From assembly GCF_009914755.1 (NCBI RefSeq), contig NC_060933.1: a stretch of 64,000 nt of DNA; one strand, 5' to 3'. The DNA is from the human T2T-CHM13v2.0 reference genome, Homo sapiens. The position numbers and the translations under genes were made by a program. This document shows, piece by piece, positions 33,023-47,372 of the stretch. Numbering within the stretch: position 1 is the first letter of the stretch; each line of letters starts with the position of its first letter. A model generated the notes under the pieces. It was not told where the DNA came from. It made no database searches and was given only the letters and a program-made list of their open reading frames with translations.

Positions 33023-33111
33023 CTGTGGGTTGCCAAATATTGGGAAATGGTGTGCTGAGAGGAGAATATAAAGACAAAGTGTGGATCCAGTGCAGAAAAT
33101 TTTACAGCTTC
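33023..33111 (-). pseudogene. Exon remnant EAVKFSALDPHFVFIFSSQHTISQYLATH (phase 0 to 2)
   Basis: Near-consensus acceptor ttttcttattccacag/G; donor cag/gttagc; open frame; lies in a 230-bp gap between two L1s. Confidence 0.65.
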
Positions 33112-33228
33112 CTGTGGAATAAGAAAATGTTGGAAGCTTAAGAAACTTTTAATTTACCTAATAAAGCCTTGTATTTTATAGAAGCATGAGGCCCACCCAT
33201 TTTTGTTTACTCTATATTCATTCAACTA

Positions 33229-33790
33229 CTTTTTTTTCTTTTATTATTATTATACTTTAAGTTTTAGGGTACATGTGCACAACGTGCAGGTTTGTTACAT
33301 ATGTATACATGTGCCATGTTGGTGTGCTGCACCCAGTAACTCATCATTTAGCATTAGGTATATCTCCTAATGCTATCCCTCCCCCATTCCCCAACCCCAC
33401 AACAGTCCCCGGTGTGTGATGGTCCCCTTCCTGTGTCCATGTGTTTTCATTGTTCAGTTCCCACCTATGAGTAAGAACATGGGGTGTTTGTTTTTTTGTC
33501 CTTGCAACAGTTTGCTGAGAACAATGGTTTCCAGCTTCATCCATGTCCCTACAAAGGACATGAACTCATCATTTTTTATGGCTGCATAGTATTCCATGGT
33601 GTATATGTGCCACATTTTCTTAATCCAGTCTATCATTGTTGGACATTGGGTTGGTTCCAAGTCTTTGCTATTGTGAATAGTGCCGCAATAAACATACGTG
33701 TGTGTGTGTGTGTGTGTCTTTATAGCAGCATGATTTATAATCCTTTGGGTATATACCCAGTAATGGGATTGCTGGGTCAAATGGTATTTC
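33229..33790 (-). mobile_element. Young L1PA 3' end, 5'-truncated, with internal (TG)n
   Basis: ttattatactttaagttttagggtacatgtgcacaacgtgcagg; TSD actactttt. Confidence 0.92.
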
Positions 33791-35118
33791 TACTACTTTT
33801 TATTTTACTGTATATTCATTCAAAAAATGTGGTATGTGATGAGCCACAAAACTTAAACTTTTTCCTGAAAAAATGTAGGAAGTCATTTATTAAAGGCTTT
33901 TCAGCAGATTTGGATCAGATTTGGAGTTTATATCATTGCACATCAATATGAAGGAGGAAGCTAGAGGGAAGCATGTCTGGAGGCAGTAAGGACAGTTAAC
34001 TATTTCCATAATAATTCAAATAAAAAGTGTTAAAGGCCTGGATTTAGGCCATTTCATGGGCAATGGAGAGGGAGGTGGATAGGAGAGCTGTGATAGAAAT
34101 AGAATCCACAGAGCTAAGAATCTATTCCAACTATAGCCCATTTCCACCTTATAAATTTAAAGTCTAGACTGTGATACCACTCAAAGGCTGGTCTTCTTGA
34201 GTGAGTTTCCTACTTCACAGAAAATTATCAGAGTGTGTCTTTAAGAATCAAAATTTATTGACTGCCTTGAGCAATGAAAATCTTACATCAGAGGCAGAAT
34301 CAAGCATGATCTCAATTGTGATGGTCAACCAGCTGGAGCTAGTAATTTTTTTGTTCTTTTCAGAAACTAATTGTGGTAGGTCCTTTGAACAGCTACCCCA
34401 AAAACCTTCACAGTGTTTGAAACAGGGTGTGGAATAGGATAAGGGTGGTGAGAAGAGGCTATTTGGAAGGTGTCTTTCCATTTTTGAGATTGGGTGACAA
34501 GGTGTGTGACGATGCTGCTCACAGAGAAAGGGCATTCAGAGGCCAGAGGAAAATCAGAAAAATTTGGGACGTGTGAAATTGAAAGTACCTGAGAAACAGT
34601 CAACTGGAGCTAACATGAAAGAAATGTTCATATACAGCTTTTCAGCTTAGCAGGAAAGTCTAGTCTACATAGGTTTGTAATTCAAGCATCCAAGTATATG
34701 TGATAGTTGAAATCATGCAAGTGAGTTACGTCCAGAAATGTTCAGTGACTTCCTCATGTCTCAAACCATTATAAGAATGAAACTCAGGTCTTCTCTCTTT
34801 ACCACAATTCTCAATAAGACAAAATATTAGGGCAAAATAAACCTGTATATGAAGTGTCTGGATCTCTTCAAATTTGGAATCTGATATCAGAAATTGCTAC
34901 AGCCCTTAATTGCTAACACAGATAGTCCCTCTTTTATATTTCATAAATGTTCTGCATTTTACCCTATTTCTATTAGATTTGAATTTCACCTTTTTAGTAA
35001 CTTCACTTTTGAAATGTAACCTTAATGATTTTAGATTTCATAACTAATTGGTTAACATATAGATGGTATGATCTTTATATTATTTGTTCAGGAAAGTTTC
35101 TAAAGCATTTTTCTTTAC

Positions 35119-35341
35119 CAAGTTTTGGAAAAAAGGTGTAGAATATGGATGCGGACCACTGGCCTGCATTCTGAATCCAATCAATTTAAAGAGAGCTTCA
35201 ACCACTGTAAAACTCAATGCATCTACATAAATGGAAATCAATTGAATTGATTTTTGACAGACTTGCTCCACTGCCTTCAATTCAAAATCTGCTTATACAT
35301 AGTGTTCCAGAACAAAATCATTACCATGTACAACAGAAATA
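35119..35341 (-). pseudogene. Exon remnant ISVVHGNDFVLEHYV*ADFELKAVEQVCQKSIQL...HPYSTPFFQNL (phase 2 to 0)
   Basis: 74 codons with one stop; donor ttg/gtaaag. Confidence 0.6.
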
Positions 35342-36309
35342 CTGTTTTATTAAAAGCATAAAGGTTACAGTTTTGCAAAGGCTTCACTTTACATGAATTT
35401 TCAGTGAAATAAAAATGTTTTTAACCACTTATACTATAAATCTGTAATATGCTTGCATTCTGCAAGAGCTAATAAATCTATTAATCCATTGACCTGAAAA
35501 AGGTTTAAATGCCCCAAAATTATCAGCATTAATGGTTCTGATTATTTTCTCCATGAATTTGCACTGTGTACAATTATTATCCAAAGTATGTGAAGTGATG
35601 ATTCTTTATCGAGCTTATATTAAACATGATACATTAAAATATATTAAATGCTAGAGTATCTGTATCATAAAATACATTAAAATACTGTACCAGAATATCT
35701 AGAAAGAAAGGACTTATGAAGTAGACCTGCATGCCCTTCTCTCTCATGGCAGAGTTTGGGTGATGCATCAAAGGAAGAAAGAAAGCATATTATCTTGTCT
35801 AATTGCCTTGTAAACATTATAATGGCAGCTCTCCTGGCAAACAAAGTATGTGACCTTGGCTAGCAAGAGAGAACTATGAAATACATATAGTAAAATATAG
35901 CTGCCTATCTAGAATCACCTGTGGTAAACAGACCTGGAATCTTTAGGTTTACAGGGGATGGCTCCAAGGAAAATGTCACATAAACTATGTAACTCAGTAA
36001 TTCATGACCTAAGTGGCTTCTTCTGTGCAAGATCTGTACCAGAACACATCTCATGTGAGAAGAAATGACCCAATAAGTCACATTGGGGTCCCAGAACACT
36101 TTCTGCTTCACTTGTGTCATATAACTGCTTGTGTCATTGCAATTATTAGCAAAACTTGACATTGAGTAAGTACTCTGATTCTATGATTTTCATTTACCAG
36201 ACTAATTCTTAATATTATCTTAATGCTTGCATAATATGATATCTTAAATCATCTCAGGTGCTATGAATAGATCATTTTAATTTCATTAATAATAAACCAC
36301 ATTTTAAAA

Positions 36310-37787
36310 ACCCTCAATGATGGGGGTATATCAAAGGAATACAGGAGCCAACAGAAAGAACTCCCAGTGGCCAAAACTAGAACAATTTGTGCAATAAAAT
36401 AAGCAAAGTAGTATTGAATTATATCTCAAAGTATTAAATTATTTTTAATTCTAAATGTATATAAATAATTGCTTAAATAAATAGGGAAGAATATACAGTC
36501 CTCTAGATACATATTAGTGAAATGAAAAATTCCAGTCAAAATATAGGGCTGATCTGGGAATAACAAGAAGAGCTAATCCTCTGCAGTACTCATAGCAATT
36601 TTCTTACAATGCTTTGATAAAATCTAACAGTCACACAACTAGGTACATAAAAATATTTGACAAAATTGAATATCCACATATTATGAAAACTCTCAGCAAA
36701 GTACAAATAAAGGCAATTTTCTTATCCTGATAAAGCACAAACTGATTCTTAAATTGTATAGGGCATGGTAAAGGGGCAAAAATTCTAAAATAATTTTGAA
36801 AATGACAAAGTTAGAGGAATCACACTATCTGATGTTAAGTTACAGTAATCAAGATAGTCATGCAGGTCAATGTAACAGAATAGAGAATCCATAAACTGAT
36901 GCCCACATATATGGTCAATTGATCTTTGATAAAGATCAAAGAACAGATAGAATTTTCTTTTTAATAAATGGTGCTGGAATAATTTGGCATCTTATGTGAA
37001 AAATAAACCTCTACTTATAACTCCCTCTTTATAAAAAATTAAAAATGGATTATAGACATAAATGTAAAATTATAAAACTTTACAAGATAATCTAGGAGAA
37101 AATACCCATGACTCTGATTTAGGAAAATATTTCATATATTTTGAAGCTCTGGTGTTTGGTCCATATATGTTTAAAACTGTTATGTCTTCTTGGTGAACTG
37201 ATTCTATTATCACTATATAATGCCCTTCCTTGTCTCTTATAAGAGTTTTTCACTTAAAGTCTATTTTGGCTGATAGTATAGGCACCCTTCTTTCTTTTTA
37301 TTACTATTTGCATAGAATATATTTTGCCGTATTTCCACTATCAACCTGTGCTTGTACTTAGGGCTAAAGTGAGTTTATTATAGACAGAATAGAGTTGGAT
37401 CCTGTGTGGATTTTTTAAAAAAAATCCATTCTGCCAATCTATATCTTTTGGCTGCAGAGTTTAATCTATTTACATTTAAAGGGAAGAACTTACTATTGGC
37501 ACTCTGCTATTTGTTTTCTGTAGGTTTTATAGCTTTTTATCATTCATTTCCTATTATCACATTTTTCTGAGACTCTGAAGTACACCAGATTATAGGAGCA
37601 GAAAACAGATCAGTGGTTTCTAGAGGTTACATATCAGTAGAGAGTGCTTACAAAGGGGATTCCAGGGAGAGTTGTTTTGTGGTGATGAGACTATTCTGTG
37701 TTACTGATTGTAGTGGTAGCTACATTACTTCATGCATTTGGTAAAACTTATTGAACTATATACAAAATATAAAAGTGAATTATGCCA
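36310..37787. mobile_element. Patchwork of L1M fragments on both strands
   Basis: ORF2-like aataaatggtgctggaataattt; antisense L1 at 37120-37560; L1ME-like 3' piece. Confidence 0.6.
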
Positions 37788-39005
37788 TGTGATATTGTGA
37801 TATAATAAAAATTATGTATTTGGTCTCTGTCCCTGATTCCTGAGACAGAGCTTCTAAAACCCTTGCCAGATAGGGATGCTAGGAGTATCTTTTGTTCTTA
37901 TATTTGGTCTTTGACCCTGGTTCTTGACACAGAGCTCTGAAGAACTTTTTAATTTCCTGAGTGATAGGAGTATCTGATACAGAGCTCCTACATCCCTGGA
38001 ATATCCTGGATTATAGGAGCATCTCTTGCTCTAATGAGTTGACTCTTGGTAGGCTCCTGGATAGCCTTAGAATAGGAGCTGATTGCTATGAAAACCAACC
38101 ATGTAATTAGAGGATAAGAACTTTTAGCCCCAACCCCTTATTCCCCAGGAAGAGGAAAGGGGCTGAAAATTTAGTTGATTACCAATGGCCAATGATGTAA
38201 TCAACCATTTCTACATAATGAAGCTTTCATAAAACCCCAAAATCAGTTTGGAGAGCTTCTGAATTGCTGAACTCATGGAGGTGCCTGAGGGTGGCATACC
38301 AGAGAGGGCACTGAAGCTCCCTACCCCTTCTCTCACACCTTCAGTGATGTCCAAGGGAGGGAATACAGTCATGAGTTCTTAGTTTCTGTTCCCGGTTGGG
38401 CCAGTAAAGCCCCTTCCTTCTTCCTCTTTTCTGCTTATCACTATAGACAGAAACTAAAAACCATGGCTTCAGGTTGCTAAAAGTCTAAAGCAAAACAAAA
38501 CAGGACAGCAACAAAAACAACAACAACAATCTCAACAAAATAAGGCAGGTTGGACAAGCTTGCCCTATGCAGCTTCTCCACCTAACTGTTCATTAGTTTC
38601 CTTAATAATATCCTTTGTAATAAATGAGTAAATGTAAATAATGTTTTTCTCTGAGTTCTGTGAGCCATTCTAGCAGATTAATTGAACCTAAACAGGGGGT
38701 AATGGGAACCTCCAATTTATAGCCAGTTGGCCAGAAGTACAGGTCACATCCTGGGACCTGCAGTTGGCATCTGAAGTGAAGGGAAGTCTTGTGAGACTGT
38801 GCCCTTACTGTGTGGGATCTGACCCTATATCCAAGTAGATAGTGTCAGAATTGAATTCAATAATAGGCCACCCTAGTGGTGTCTGCTGGAGAATTACTTT
38901 GCATGCGGGGAAAAATCCATACATATTTTGGTGACCAGAGGTGAAGTAATGTATTGAGTGGTGAGTGTGTGAGACTAAGAAAAACAGTTTGGTTTTTTTA
39001 TATCT
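37788..39005. mobile_element. MER21-type LTR interrupted by MER30B
   Basis: tgtgatattgtgatataataaaaattatgtatttggtctctgtccc; tctgagttctgtgagccattctagca. Confidence 0.75.
38342..38562 (+). mobile_element. MER30B-like hAT-Charlie MITE
   Basis: cagtgatgtccaagggag...ggttggacaagcttg termini. Confidence 0.75.
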
Positions 39006-40359
39006 CAAATATATTATATATAAATTTAAAGACAAATTGAAAAATTGAATCATTTTAAAATGTCTAAAATTTAAAGTACATTGAGTAACCCATGATAGTA
39101 ATTTATAATGTTCATATTTGATGAAAATAGTTTCCAGTCCATTATTTTTTTCTGTTTACATTATAGAATTATATTTAGGTTAAATTTTATACATATAAAA
39201 ATTATTTCCTTGAGACATGTTCCATGGTTTATATTCTGAAATTTTTTTCTATTCCTTCTTAGAGCTGATAAGCATCTTTGTTGATTATCTGCTTGTGTTA
39301 CTCCATCAGGCTTCCATAGCCCATCTGATTCCACCAGATTATTCAAATGAGCTCCTTATCACACCGTAGCTCAAGCCCTCAGATATGTTCTTCTCTCCTA
39401 TACAGACTTGCCACATTTTTTCAGGTGTGTAGGCATTTGCTCATGTCTTAAATGTTCATCTTTATCCATCTGCCTATTCAAATCCATCTACATAATGTGT
39501 TCTAGGAAGCATATCTTGATTATACTATGCATCATTGACTTCCTCATTTAGATGAGCCTCTATAACATTTGTAGGCTGTATTACAAAATTCAATGACAAA
39601 TATATGTATATTATCTTGCATTTGTTTCTTGTGCTTCAAGTGTATTAGTCTTGTCTTCTCAGATAGATGGTTAAGGCCATGATTTATATTTTGATGGTTT
39701 TCACAGCACCATCTTTGGTAAAATGACTACCGAAAACATATCCTTCATCACCATAGATGCTCAGTGCCACTGGATTAATCTAGAGCTAAGGATACTTGTT
39801 TTTATCTGAATCTCAGAGGCTGGGGACAGCTGGTCTCAGAAGTCACATGAATCACTCAAAGTTAAATGTTCCTTAACAGAGGGAAGTTGGAACTCACATA
39901 TTTGAAAATAGCTCACATCATATACCATAGAAAGGTTATGGTTTATTTACATACATATATATGACATATCTCATATATATAAGACATTTTCCAAATGTCT
40001 TATTCTTACAGCGATAGATACTTGTTGTTTCAAAGAACATGTACACCATAGAAATATAGAAATTAGCTTAAATTAGTATTGTTACTGATTCACATCATTT
40101 TCTCATTTATTGTCATTGAAATTGGTCCCCTGGAAGAATAATCAGTCCACCATCTTGGACCAGCACTTAATTATTATTTAGCAAAATTTAATTGTTATTA
40201 CCAAAATGTAGGGACAAGTAAAAATGTAATTCACTATTATGATAATATTGGTAAATATTCTGATTCAAATGTTTTTCTTGCAATATGCCTCAATTTATCA
40301 TCATAAAAATCAAAGATCCAAGTTTCTACATTGAAAATATTTGATATTTGTAAACTGTG

Positions 40360-41138
40360 TACCCAACAAAAAACAAATATCCAGAATTTATAAAGAACTT
40401 AAACAAATCAACAGAAAACCCAAATAACCTCATTAAAAAGTGGGCAAAAGGAACACCAGTCAGAATGGCTATTATTAAAAAGTCAAAAAACAACAGATAT
40501 TGGCATGGCTGTAGAGAAAGGGAATACTTATAAACTGTTGGAGAGAATGTAAATTAATTTGGCTCCTGTGGAAAGCAGTTTGATGATTTCTCAGAGAACC
40601 AAAAATAAAACTACTATTTGACCCAGCAATCCCATTACTAGGTAGCTACCCAAAGAAAAATAAATTATTCTTCCAAAAAGACACCTGCACTCATATGTTT
40701 ATCAAAATACTATTCACAATGGCAAAGACATGGAATCAACCTAGGTGCCCATCAACGATGGACTGGATAAAGAAAATGTGGTACATATATACTGTGGAAT
40801 ACTGCACAGCTGTAAAAAGAACAAAATCATGTCCTTTGCAGCAACATGAATGCAGCTGGAGACCACTTCCTAAGCAAATTAAGGCAGATACAGAAAAACA
40901 AACGCTGCATATTCTCACTTATAAGTGGGAGCTAAACACTGGAAAATATAAATAGGAACAGTAGACACCGGGGACTCCAAAAATAGGGTGGGAGAAAAGG
41001 CAGCAGGGTTTGAATACTACCAATTAGGTACTATGTTTAGTATTGGGTAAGGGAATCAATAGAAGCCCAAACCTTAGCACCATGCAATACACCCATGTAA
41101 CAAACCCGCACATGTAGCCCCTGAATCTGAAATAAAAG
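40360..41138 (+). mobile_element. L1PB/old L1PA 3' end
   Basis: ORF2 C-terminus (AKTWNQPRCPSTMDWIKKMWYIYTVEY) and 3'UTR ending ccctgaatctgaaataaaag. Confidence 0.88.
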
Positions 41139-41180
41139 ATTTTTAAGAGTAAGAAATAAAATTATTTGAAGGAAACTGAC

Positions 41181-41353
41181 CTATACATTTCTTTGCTTGC
41201 CTTAAATATCTCCTCTTTGAGGAATCTGATATTTTTTGTGTATAAGTGCTCTTCAGCAATTAGTTGAAAATACAAAACCACATAGTTTGCGTGATATATC
41301 AATTTGTGTCACTTTTTTTTTCAATTCTTTGCAAATAAGCACTCCCCAAATTA
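41181..41353 (-). pseudogene. Exon remnant IWGVLICKELKK..HKLIYHANYVVLYFQLIAEEHLYTKNIRFLKEEIFKASKEMY (phase 1 to 2)
   Basis: Acceptor ttttccttctgagatttctag; donor ag/gtcagt; one extra A in the A9 run explains the frameshift. Confidence 0.6.
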
Positions 41354-41654
41354 CTAGAAATCTCAGAAGGAAAATTAATTTATTGCTGCAGCATATATTA
41401 GGCAAAGTGGAGAAGTGTTAAGTATTCCAACTGAACTAAAAAGTATATCAAACCAATTTCTAGCTCCCACTGAAACATTCAAAGAATTAAACATTACAAC
41501 TTACTACTGTCAATGTAATTTTGTTCATTTCCACTTGTTTTTCTGCAGTTTTTTCAAAAATTTTAACACTGAAAACATTATAAAAATCGTATAACTAATT
41601 GTATGTTGGTTAAAATATGTTTTATCATAATAACTACTTTCACATACTAATGTT

Positions 41655-42022
41655 TGATATGGTTTGGCTCTGTGTCTCCACCCAAGTCTCATATCGAATT
41701 GTAATCCACAATGTTGGAGGAGGTGATTGAATCATGGGAGCAGACTTCCCTCTTGCTATTGCTATTCTCATTATAGTGAGTTCTCAAGAGACCTGATGGT
41801 TGTAAAAGTGTATAGCACCTCCCCGCTCTCTCTTTCCTACCAGTCATGTGAAGATGTGCCTGTTTCCCCTTTGCATTTGGCCATGATTTTAAGTTTCCTG
41901 AGGCCTCCCCAGCAATGCCTCCTGTACAGCCTGTGGAACTGTGACTCAATGAAACCTCTTTTCTTCATATATTACCACTTCATAGGCATGTCTTTATAGC
42001 AGTGTGAGAACAGACTAATACA
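41655..42022 (+). mobile_element. MSTA-like MaLR solo LTR
   Basis: tgatatggtttggctctgtgtc...gactaataca; perfect 5-bp TSD atgtt. Confidence 0.92.
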
Positions 42023-43552
42023 ATGTTATTATTTCCTCTTGAATTGTGCATTGTCATATTAAAAATTTCAAGCATTTTTCTAGGTGCTGGCAGTAGTGAA
42101 TTAAACCAAATCCCTGTGCTAAATCCATTTATATTTGATGGGGGAGAGAGAATGCTAGCCAATCTTTCTTCCTAGGTACCTGACCCTCTTATTCTTGATG
42201 CTCTTGTGAACATGTGATGTGGTTCTTTCACTGAGAAATCTCCATGGGGAAGAACTGGGTATTACATAAGGCACTTATAACATCAGTACAATCTAGGAAA
42301 AAGAAATCTCAAAATTTGTTTTAGATTTGAATCCTAAAATTTCCAAAGACATTCTTCTAGATTGTGAAGTTGTTAGAGTTCTTTAAATTGCACTTTTGAC
42401 TATAGAAAGTGGATTGCCATGTTAAATTAAAACAAAAATAAAAGATCAGCAATAAATAAACTGAAACTGATTACAACATTTTATTATAGTTGTATTTTTC
42501 TGGGAAAGGCTGAATGAACATCAGATCCCCCAAAGGGCCCATTATCTAAAGTGTATAAGGGAGCACTTTTATTGTCTCACATAGTTCAAGTAGAGATATT
42601 GGCAATTCCAAATTCATATGTAAAGCCCAGAGTCAGTCTCATACCAAGGTCTGCTTTTAACATGGCAGAGATATTCCATATGTCAGGGTTACTGAGATTT
42701 AATACCAGCTCATCATTCTTTTGACTTTTCCAGATGGCAGGCTTTTATCATAGATATTTTTTCTAGATATCTACAATTGTAGCTACATGGAGTAAAGTGC
42801 AATTAACTGAAATTACTAGCAATTTTGTGTTTCTGATTTAAAGGCATTTTGTTTATTCTTTTTAAGTACTCCAGGCCCCTGCTCACACTCATTTGTTGAA
42901 TTCAGTAACTAACCAACTCTTCTGAAAATGGGAATATAAAATTGGAATTCCTCAAAGGTTATGTAAAATAATGTATGAAAAACCTTGTACCACAGAATTT
43001 GGCTGTTGACATGCCTTTAATAAATTTTGGGTGTATCTGAGCACATCACTTTGTAGTAAGAACATTTCTATTTACAAGCAGTAATGTATCAAGGCTAAAG
43101 TTACAAATTTGGTCTATGGTATAAGTCTCATAAAGTTTTTGCCATGTTGAATTTTTTTAAATGATGTTGGTTTTGTCAGTTCATGATAGTTTATTTTTTA
43201 AATGTTTTACCAAAATGGTCAAAATATCTTAAATTTAAATGTTTATTCTGTTATAAATAGTAGACCTTATGGATTTCTTAAATATTTGTTGTAAGCATCT
43301 AGCGAGGCAGTTGTAATCCCACTAACTATATACAAACCAAAAAGCCCTTTTTATGTTTAAAACACACACGCTGTGAAGGAAGTTATTCCAAAAACTCCAG
43401 ACTGTGAACAGACATTAACCTTCTACTTTGACAACATCTAATTTTCCTGAAGAACAATTAAAACCCAGGGAGCCTCAATTAGAAGCACTTTCACTTTGGT
43501 AATAAAGGCCAAGTTTTAATGTTTAGGTTTTAGTTGCATTCATTTTTCATAC

Positions 43553-43895
43553 CAATGAACTGCATCATGCTCTTCCTTCAGCACACAAGCTGCAACCAGG
43601 CCACAATTTTATCATTTTCATCAGGGCCCAAACATATGCCATCTCTACTCAAATCCCTGCTAATTCCTGGAGGTTTCTTCAGAGAGCTCAGTTGAGGAGA
43701 GAATTATTCAGCAAAGGTAACTAACATGGATGCTAATGTACATAATCTGGCTGAGAAATCAGCTTTTCTTCAACAGCTAACTGTGCTTTATTCTTTCTGG
43801 TCACTTTCTCCAAGAGGAGCACTGGACTCTGCTAGTGGATCTAAAGTTTTCCCTAGTGTATTTTCCAGCCATATTCTAGAGATGTGCCCCTTCTC
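43553..43895 (-). pseudogene. Exon remnant EKGHISRIWLENTLGKTLDPL...DENDKIVAWLQLVC*RKSMMQFI (phase 0 to 1)
   Basis: 114 codons in one frame with four TAA/TGA stops; donor ttg/gtatga. Confidence 0.55.
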
Positions 43896-44677
43896 CTGAA
43901 CTGTGTGGTGTGGTGAAGGTGGGGACATGATGAGGACTTAGCTCTCAGAGTTAACAATGCTGCATGCATCCAGGATCTGCTACTCACTGGGGGACCTTCT
44001 ACAAGTCACTCAGCCTCTCTGGTCCACAGTTTCATTATCTATACAATGAGGAACCCTGTCTACATTCTCTCTAACTATCATATAGCTCCAAAGTTTCTAT
44101 GAAGCCCAGATGTTCCACTCAAGGAATTTAGTATCTTTACACCTTCATTTTCAAGAAAAAATGAAGCTTCTCCTCCCAAAATATTAGAAACCAGTGCTAA
44201 AAGTCTAGAATATTTTAGTGTCTATGAATTTTAAAATCCTGTTTTGATTACAAAATAATAATCAGAAGAGTAGGAAGGAGACAAATTAATAAACAAGCAA
44301 AAGCTTTTTCCCTAACAAATAATCAGCCAAGGAAGAGATGAACATAAGAATTGACATAGTTAATTCTCCTGGAATGAATATAGTGTAGGAGTTACTCCAT
44401 GATATAGAAGATAAAGTACAACCCCAAGCTGTCATTTGAGGACCAATAAGTCATTGAATGACACTTTGATTCCTAGATGCAAATATTTTAAAGACTTTTT
44501 TATTAATATAAAATTGTGGATTGAGGCATCACTGAGAATCCCAAGTAATGAGAATCCACAGCCATGTCTGTCTCAATATGCAGCATGCAGGTCTGGGTCC
44601 TTCTCAGGGTCCAGGCAGGGTATACTATTTATGCTCCCCTATGTCTGCTCTTCTTCTGCAGGAGGCATTTTTCCCAC

Positions 44678-44823
44678 CTTCATAGCTGTCTCCGTTCGCT
44701 TCTACTTTACAGTTTACAGGAAAGCTACTTGCTGTAAGTCAGCCAGTTTTAGCCCTTGAGATGCAAAGAGCTTTGCATGTGAAGCTCTATATGCAAAGCT
44801 ATGGAATGTGGCACTCCATTTCT
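44678..44823 (-). pseudogene. Exon remnant KWSATFHSFAYRASHAKLFASQGLKLADLQQVAFL*TVK*KRTETAMK (ends phase 0)
   Basis: Donor aag/gtggga; acceptor at 44824 or a decayed ttttattttgtaa at 44878. Confidence 0.45.
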
Positions 44824-45639
44824 CTGTCAGTAAAATCTATCTTGAAAGTCTTTTGTTCAGGACTCAGAAATATGATTTTACAAAATAAAAGTAGAACACT
44901 GACTTTAATGGAATAAAATAATATACCAGAAAAAAAAACTCTCTCTACATTTTATCCCTTTTGCACAAGTAATGCCCAGTGGAGTCAGTCCCCTGCCCCA
45001 AGGCCTCACTGATAACTCTTTTCCCCCATTAAGCTTAGCCTTCCTTTCTAAGAAATATCCTCTCCTTAAGCCTAAATCTGAATGCTATTTCAACCAGATT
45101 TTACTTTGGTAAAAATTATACCAACAGAGATCCGAGTGCCATTCTCCTCCAAAGTACCACAAAATCCAAGGATAACAAGGAGTGCTTACTACGTGACAGA
45201 GGAAGTACTAAGTTCTCTGCTTGTATTGACTCATGTAACCCTCTCAAAAGCCCTATGTGTTAAGTTTCCTATTTAATGAATGAAAAACTGAGTCCTAGAA
45301 AGATTAATTGGCTACCTAAGAGCATACAGTTAGAAAGGGTGGATCTGGGATTTCACCAGATGCACATGTGGCTTTGTGAAATCTGACAGTGATGTCAATA
45401 TCCCGACAGGTAAAGTGAGGTTATAATTTTCTCTTATTTTCTATTCTTTTTCTAAAAATCATGTGCTCAAATCTTACGGGACTGTGTACTCAAGAGGCTA
45501 GCTATTATTCTCCACTGCTTTTTAAGCAGCAAAATCTTTTTCATTAAATGACATCTTAAGTAAAAGCTTAATATATACAACATGTCAAACAGGGGTTGTT
45601 GTATTAGAGGTGAGGTATGGATGTGCAGGCTGCAGGTGA

Positions 45640-45676
45640 GGGCAAAGGGCAAAGGGCAAAAGGGCAAAGGGCAAAG
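45640..45676. repeat. (GGGCAAA)n, about 5 copies
   Basis: gggcaaagggcaaagggcaaaagggcaaagggcaaag. Confidence 0.9.
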
Positions 45677-45854
45677 CCCGAGTTACCTTCTTCAAGGCAA
45701 CTCTGCCACAACTTGAAAACATCTTAGGCCTCAGTTTGAAATGCTTCTCCTACTTTCGGGACTCTTCAGCATCAAAATTTCTCCCAGATAACCTGACAAA
45801 ACTGTAGAACATCAGACCTGGAATGACTGAAAGACCACCAGGCTCAGTGTTTAC

Positions 45855-45971
45855 CTGAGGTGGGCAAGTGGCTGAGCAGCTCAGGAGTGGGCCCCCTGAG
45901 TCTTGTCCCATCTTACTTTGTACTACACTGTTCTTTAGAGAAAGCTTCCTTTTGGAGACCAACCAGGACTC
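45855..45971 (-). pseudogene. 117-bp exon remnant with strong splice sites
   Basis: Acceptor tttgtcacctctgcttctaag; donor cag/gtaaac; one frame fully open. Confidence 0.5.
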
Positions 45972-46598
45972 CTTAGAAGCAGAGGTGACAAAGCAAGCTT
46001 TCTAAATGATTTGGGGAAAAGGACAAGTCTTCCTTTCACATTTTTGGAAGGAAATATTTTTAATAAGGCAGGGATTCTCCAATGAACTGGTATAAACCAC
46101 TGCTTGCGGCCTCATGCCTGGCCTGCTTCACCCACTCAACAGAATCACCTCGTCTCTGAAGGTGGTTGTGTTTGAAACACCTGCTTTACAGAGCAGCTGC
46201 TTACAGGCTTAAAAGGGAATCAGAGGTGTCGGTTCAATCAATCTGCCCCCCTGTAAGCTTCATGAGGACTATAACTCTGTCTCCCTGATGCACGTGAACC
46301 TAGCACCGGCACCCTGGAGCAGAGCAAGTGCTCAATACTGATCATGTTTGCTTAATTGATAAGCCATTAGTGTGCGCTCTAATAAACTGCTTTAGAAGAA
46401 TGCTTTAGGAGTAGGAAGTATAGATCTGCCTAACATACACTTAGAAAAAATTAGGCAGATCTTTTAAATGCTTACATTTTAGTAAGGAAAACAATTGATC
46501 ATTAGGGTGAATGCTGCATCATTATTTTACAATCTACAAAGTAACAGGAAGTGTACAGATTTGGCAAACCACAGAATTAACCATTGTATCTGACTTAC

Positions 46599-46784
46599 AT
46601 TACTCATTTGCTCATGGATGAGATTCTAATAGAGATGCGTTTGGCATTTTCACAAATGCCCTGCGTTTCAAAGAGTAGATCAGCTAATTTTGCGCTGAAA
46701 CCCTTAAACTTAATGGGGACAATGTATCTCACCTCAAATCTTCAATCAGATGTGCTGATCAAACCCACATGAAGCACATTTATT
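46599..46784 (-). pseudogene. Exon remnant ...RFEVRYIVPIKFKGFSAKLADLLFETQGICENAKR...
   Basis: Acceptor ttttccaag; donor gtaagt; 186 bp; two TGA stops in the best frame. Confidence 0.45.
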
Positions 46785-47372
46785 CTTGGAAAATATTTTG
46801 TTTTACTATTTACTATTGTAATTCCCACTCATAAAATAGCCAGCATTTGCCATTATATTTTACAGAGACATTTTTAACAACTTTTTAAAAGAATGACTGC
46901 AATATTTTAGGTTATCAGTGAACTGGTGTGGAAAATGCAGCATTCTTAAAAGTTAGTCATGGCACTAGTGCATTAATTATGCATTAGAACAATTCGCCTT
47001 AAAGAGATTATAGATTTATAAATTGTAAATTATGCCAAAAGTATTTTGAAATCAGGTACCTGTGAGTTATGACCCTGTGTTTCAAAAGAACAACTTGTAA
47101 CTATATTGCTGATATCTTGGTTATAATATTTTACATCAACATTATGTTAAAATATAATATCCCATTATAAAACTTCCAGAGACAAGCCACAATATGTAAA
47201 TATTTCTGTATTTTAATTTACAAAGCTTACTTTTTCATTTGTCCTGATAACTGAATTAACATTGTCGAGGGAAATTCATATGAATCAAAAAATGCAATAA
47301 ATTAGACCCTTAAAATAATTCATATTTCATGAGTTTCCCATTTTAAGGTCAAAATATTTAGCAAAATCTCAC

